Shown here: positions 49,134 to 49,517 of the stretch, piece after piece
Numbering within the stretch: the first letter of the stretch is position 1
Layout of the letters: each line of letters opens with the position of its first letter
Assembly (NCBI GenBank): GCA_001687465.1
Contig: LVLI01000591.1
Location: 1-49,517 of the forward strand
Length of the DNA stretch: 49,517 nucleotides
Direction: 5' to 3'
DNA from: Halocafeteria seosinensis
Taxonomy: Eukaryota
Position numbers and translations under genes: made by a program
The notes under the pieces: generated by a model
Seen by the model: the letters and a program-made list of their open reading frames with translations, nothing else
What the model was told of the DNA's origin: nothing
Database searches by the model: none

Positions 49134-49517
49134 GCGGTCAAAGCGTCCCGACGCAGCGAAGACTCGGGGAGCCAGTTAGGGCTAACCCTAGGCTGAGAAA
49201 CGAAAGGATCGACATAGAACGAGAGTGGCTGCGGAAGCCCACCGAAAACAAGAAGCAACAACAAATCTTTGCAACCCAAAAGATGGACAGCCAATTCAGG
49301 GACCTGCTTGAGGTAGGGCCAAATGACATGAAAACCAGACTTCAAGCTGCACGACAAGATGGCTCCGCCGACTGGCTAATAGCACTCCCCACAAACCNCA
49401 GGAAACAACTCACGGACACGGAATGGAGGATGATGGCGCGCTTACGCCTAGGTCTAAGCGTCACCCCACACCCAATCCCCGACATCTGCCGTCTCTGTTC
49501 AGGGCACACTAATGGCT
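49134..49517 (+). mobile_element. 5'-truncated non-LTR retrotransposon, CRE-like (RLE-type), running off the window
   Basis: The open frame is not in the ORF track because it has no stop before the window edge: …KTRLQAARQDGSADWLIALPTNxRKQLTDTEWRMMARLRLGLSVTPHPIPDICRLCSG. This is the WL-x-ALP…D-x-E(F/W)R…RLRLG…CxxC region lying between RT and the zinc knuckle/RLE in CRE-clade elements. Homology to the host repeat at 45180-45200 stops abruptly at CCCTAC (49133). Confidence 0.8.

Noticed and set aside
49174..49192. TTAGGG / CCCTA telomere-like hexamers
   Set aside because: Single units inside the retroelement reading frame, not a telomeric array.

Overview
Eukaryotic genomic DNA from a compact-genome protist, with short GT-AG introns (mostly about 55-130 nt). 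The gene set is compatible with a stramenopile-like flagellate, but that taxonomy is inference only. The ORF track fragments most genes, so models were rebuilt by hand from splice sites. The left ~37 kb carries a BK/Slo-type K+ channel, a multi-TM WW-domain protein, Spg1/Tem1 GTPase, YjbQ/UPF0047, a Tim17-like membrane protein, PAF1, a SHAQKYF-class Myb factor and a chromodomain protein. It also carries a cullin-N-terminal-only gene that the ORF track shows only as short fragments, a giant intronless TPR protein, a PH-DH-PH RhoGEF and an MFI/C11orf65-like protein. The right ~12.5 kb is a heavily rearranged array of an uncharacterised surface-protein family: signal peptide, Cys-rich beta-sandwich-like domain, Thr/Pro/Ser stalk, TM and conserved tail. 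One copy is intact and membrane-anchored; the others are chimeric, frameshifted or internally deleted. The window ends in a 5'-truncated CRE-like non-LTR retrotransposon inserted into the last copy. No rRNA, tRNA or CRISPR array was found.
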